The notes beneath the pieces were generated by a model. The model was not told the origin of the DNA. It saw only the letters and a list, made by a program, of their open reading frames with translations, and did not search any database. A stretch of 64,000 nucleotides of DNA from Tubulanus polymorphus (taxonomy: Eukaryota; Animalia; Nemertea), in NCBI RefSeq assembly GCF_964204645.1, contig NC_134025.1, forward strand, positions 3,038,001-3,102,000. The letters are read 5' to 3'. Below are positions 63,163-64,000 of the stretch, piece after piece (the first letter of the stretch is position 1; each line of letters opens with the position of its first letter). The position numbers were made by a program, and so were the translations under genes.

Positions 63163-63870
63163 ATGGTGTCCAATCTAACACATTTTATGAGTTGTTTTTT
63201 ACGGAAGACTGATGAATCAACGAATTGGGATTGCTTGTGGAAAAGTCTAGATTCTGTGAAAATATACCGGCATTTAGAAGATCCTAGGTTCCAGAGCCTA
63301 GTACTTGGACAAAGAATGAAACGAACCCAATATTTACCAACAGGCCTACTTGTTTCGCGTGACCGTATCATGATCTAAGATGTTGAATAGAGGATATTGG
63401 GACGGCAAGTTCATAGAAAAATCACTAGAGGGTGGAAAACATTTAGAAACGACTTAGTGACCAGTTTATTCCAGTTCAAGATCGGGTCTTATCTCTTACC
63501 TGTAAATAAACTGTCAAATCTCCATCTACCCAGAACCAATAGATTATGCCCCACCTGTAACGTTTTAGGCGACGAACTACATTTCATTTTTTACTGTAAC
63601 TTACCGAATTCCATAAAAATTACTTAAATTCAAATACTTTTCGGAACCTTGATGTTTTAAAAAATCCAACTTTGAAGCTGGGATTTATCAAATTACGTCT
63701 AGATGTATATAGATCCCTCCGGTAGTGTGTAAATAGTATGTTGTAAATAACGTTTGTTATGTTTTAAAATACTTTCATTTCCCGTTTTTGCAAATTATTG
63801 TAAATACTCTCTTTTTCCTCCATATATGATGCAAAATGGTTGGAGTGTAATAAACATTCGTACTCGTATT
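63163..63870 (+). mobile_element. 5'-truncated, disrupted non-LTR retrotransposon (LINE) 3' end
   Basis: Broken frames ending FKIGSYLLPV..PRTNRLCPTCNVLGDELHFIFYC, a C-terminal CCHC-type knuckle of RT ORFs. Followed by AATAAA and a short repeated tail (ATTCGT ACTCGT ATTCG). Confidence 0.7.
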
Positions 63871-64000
63871 CGACTGTCAAACAAATACAATGGAGTAGTA
63901 GGCCTACACTATGGTGGCTGATAAGGGCCATAGCGTAAAATTCCTGGTATGTAAATGAGGGCGCCAGAACGCCAGAACGCCAAAACGAAAAAAAACGTCC

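Overview
Eukaryotic, AT-rich, intron-containing animal genomic DNA. It is probably from an invertebrate, plausibly a lophotrochozoan (inferred from gene style and repeats). Five protein-coding genes can be assembled by hand: (1) an intronless, motif-degenerate class A GPCR (+, 916-2061); (2) Polycomb Scm/SCMH1-like, MBT-MBT-SLED-SAM (-, CDS 11124-5335); (3) intronless CEP41 (-, 13699-12665), head-to-head with (4) a ~32-exon LRPPRC (+, 13989-24228); (5) a ~34-kb phospholipase C-beta gene (+, 26138-60460). The most interesting signal is hidden in PLC-beta. It has two duplicated alternative first coding exons, a U12-type intron, and five candidate frame-preserving microexons (3, 24, 9, 9 and 27 nt). 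Each microexon sits in an unusually long intron and lands in a regulatory part of the enzyme. Scm has a similar 24-nt candidate. Introns also hold a 339-bp MITE with a perfect 9-bp TSD and tRNA-like (B-box) TIRs, two copies of a minimal hammerhead-ribozyme-like motif, several other MITE families, a tRNA-SINE and LINE remnants. All exon calls come from manual reading of splice signals and frames, with no transcript evidence.
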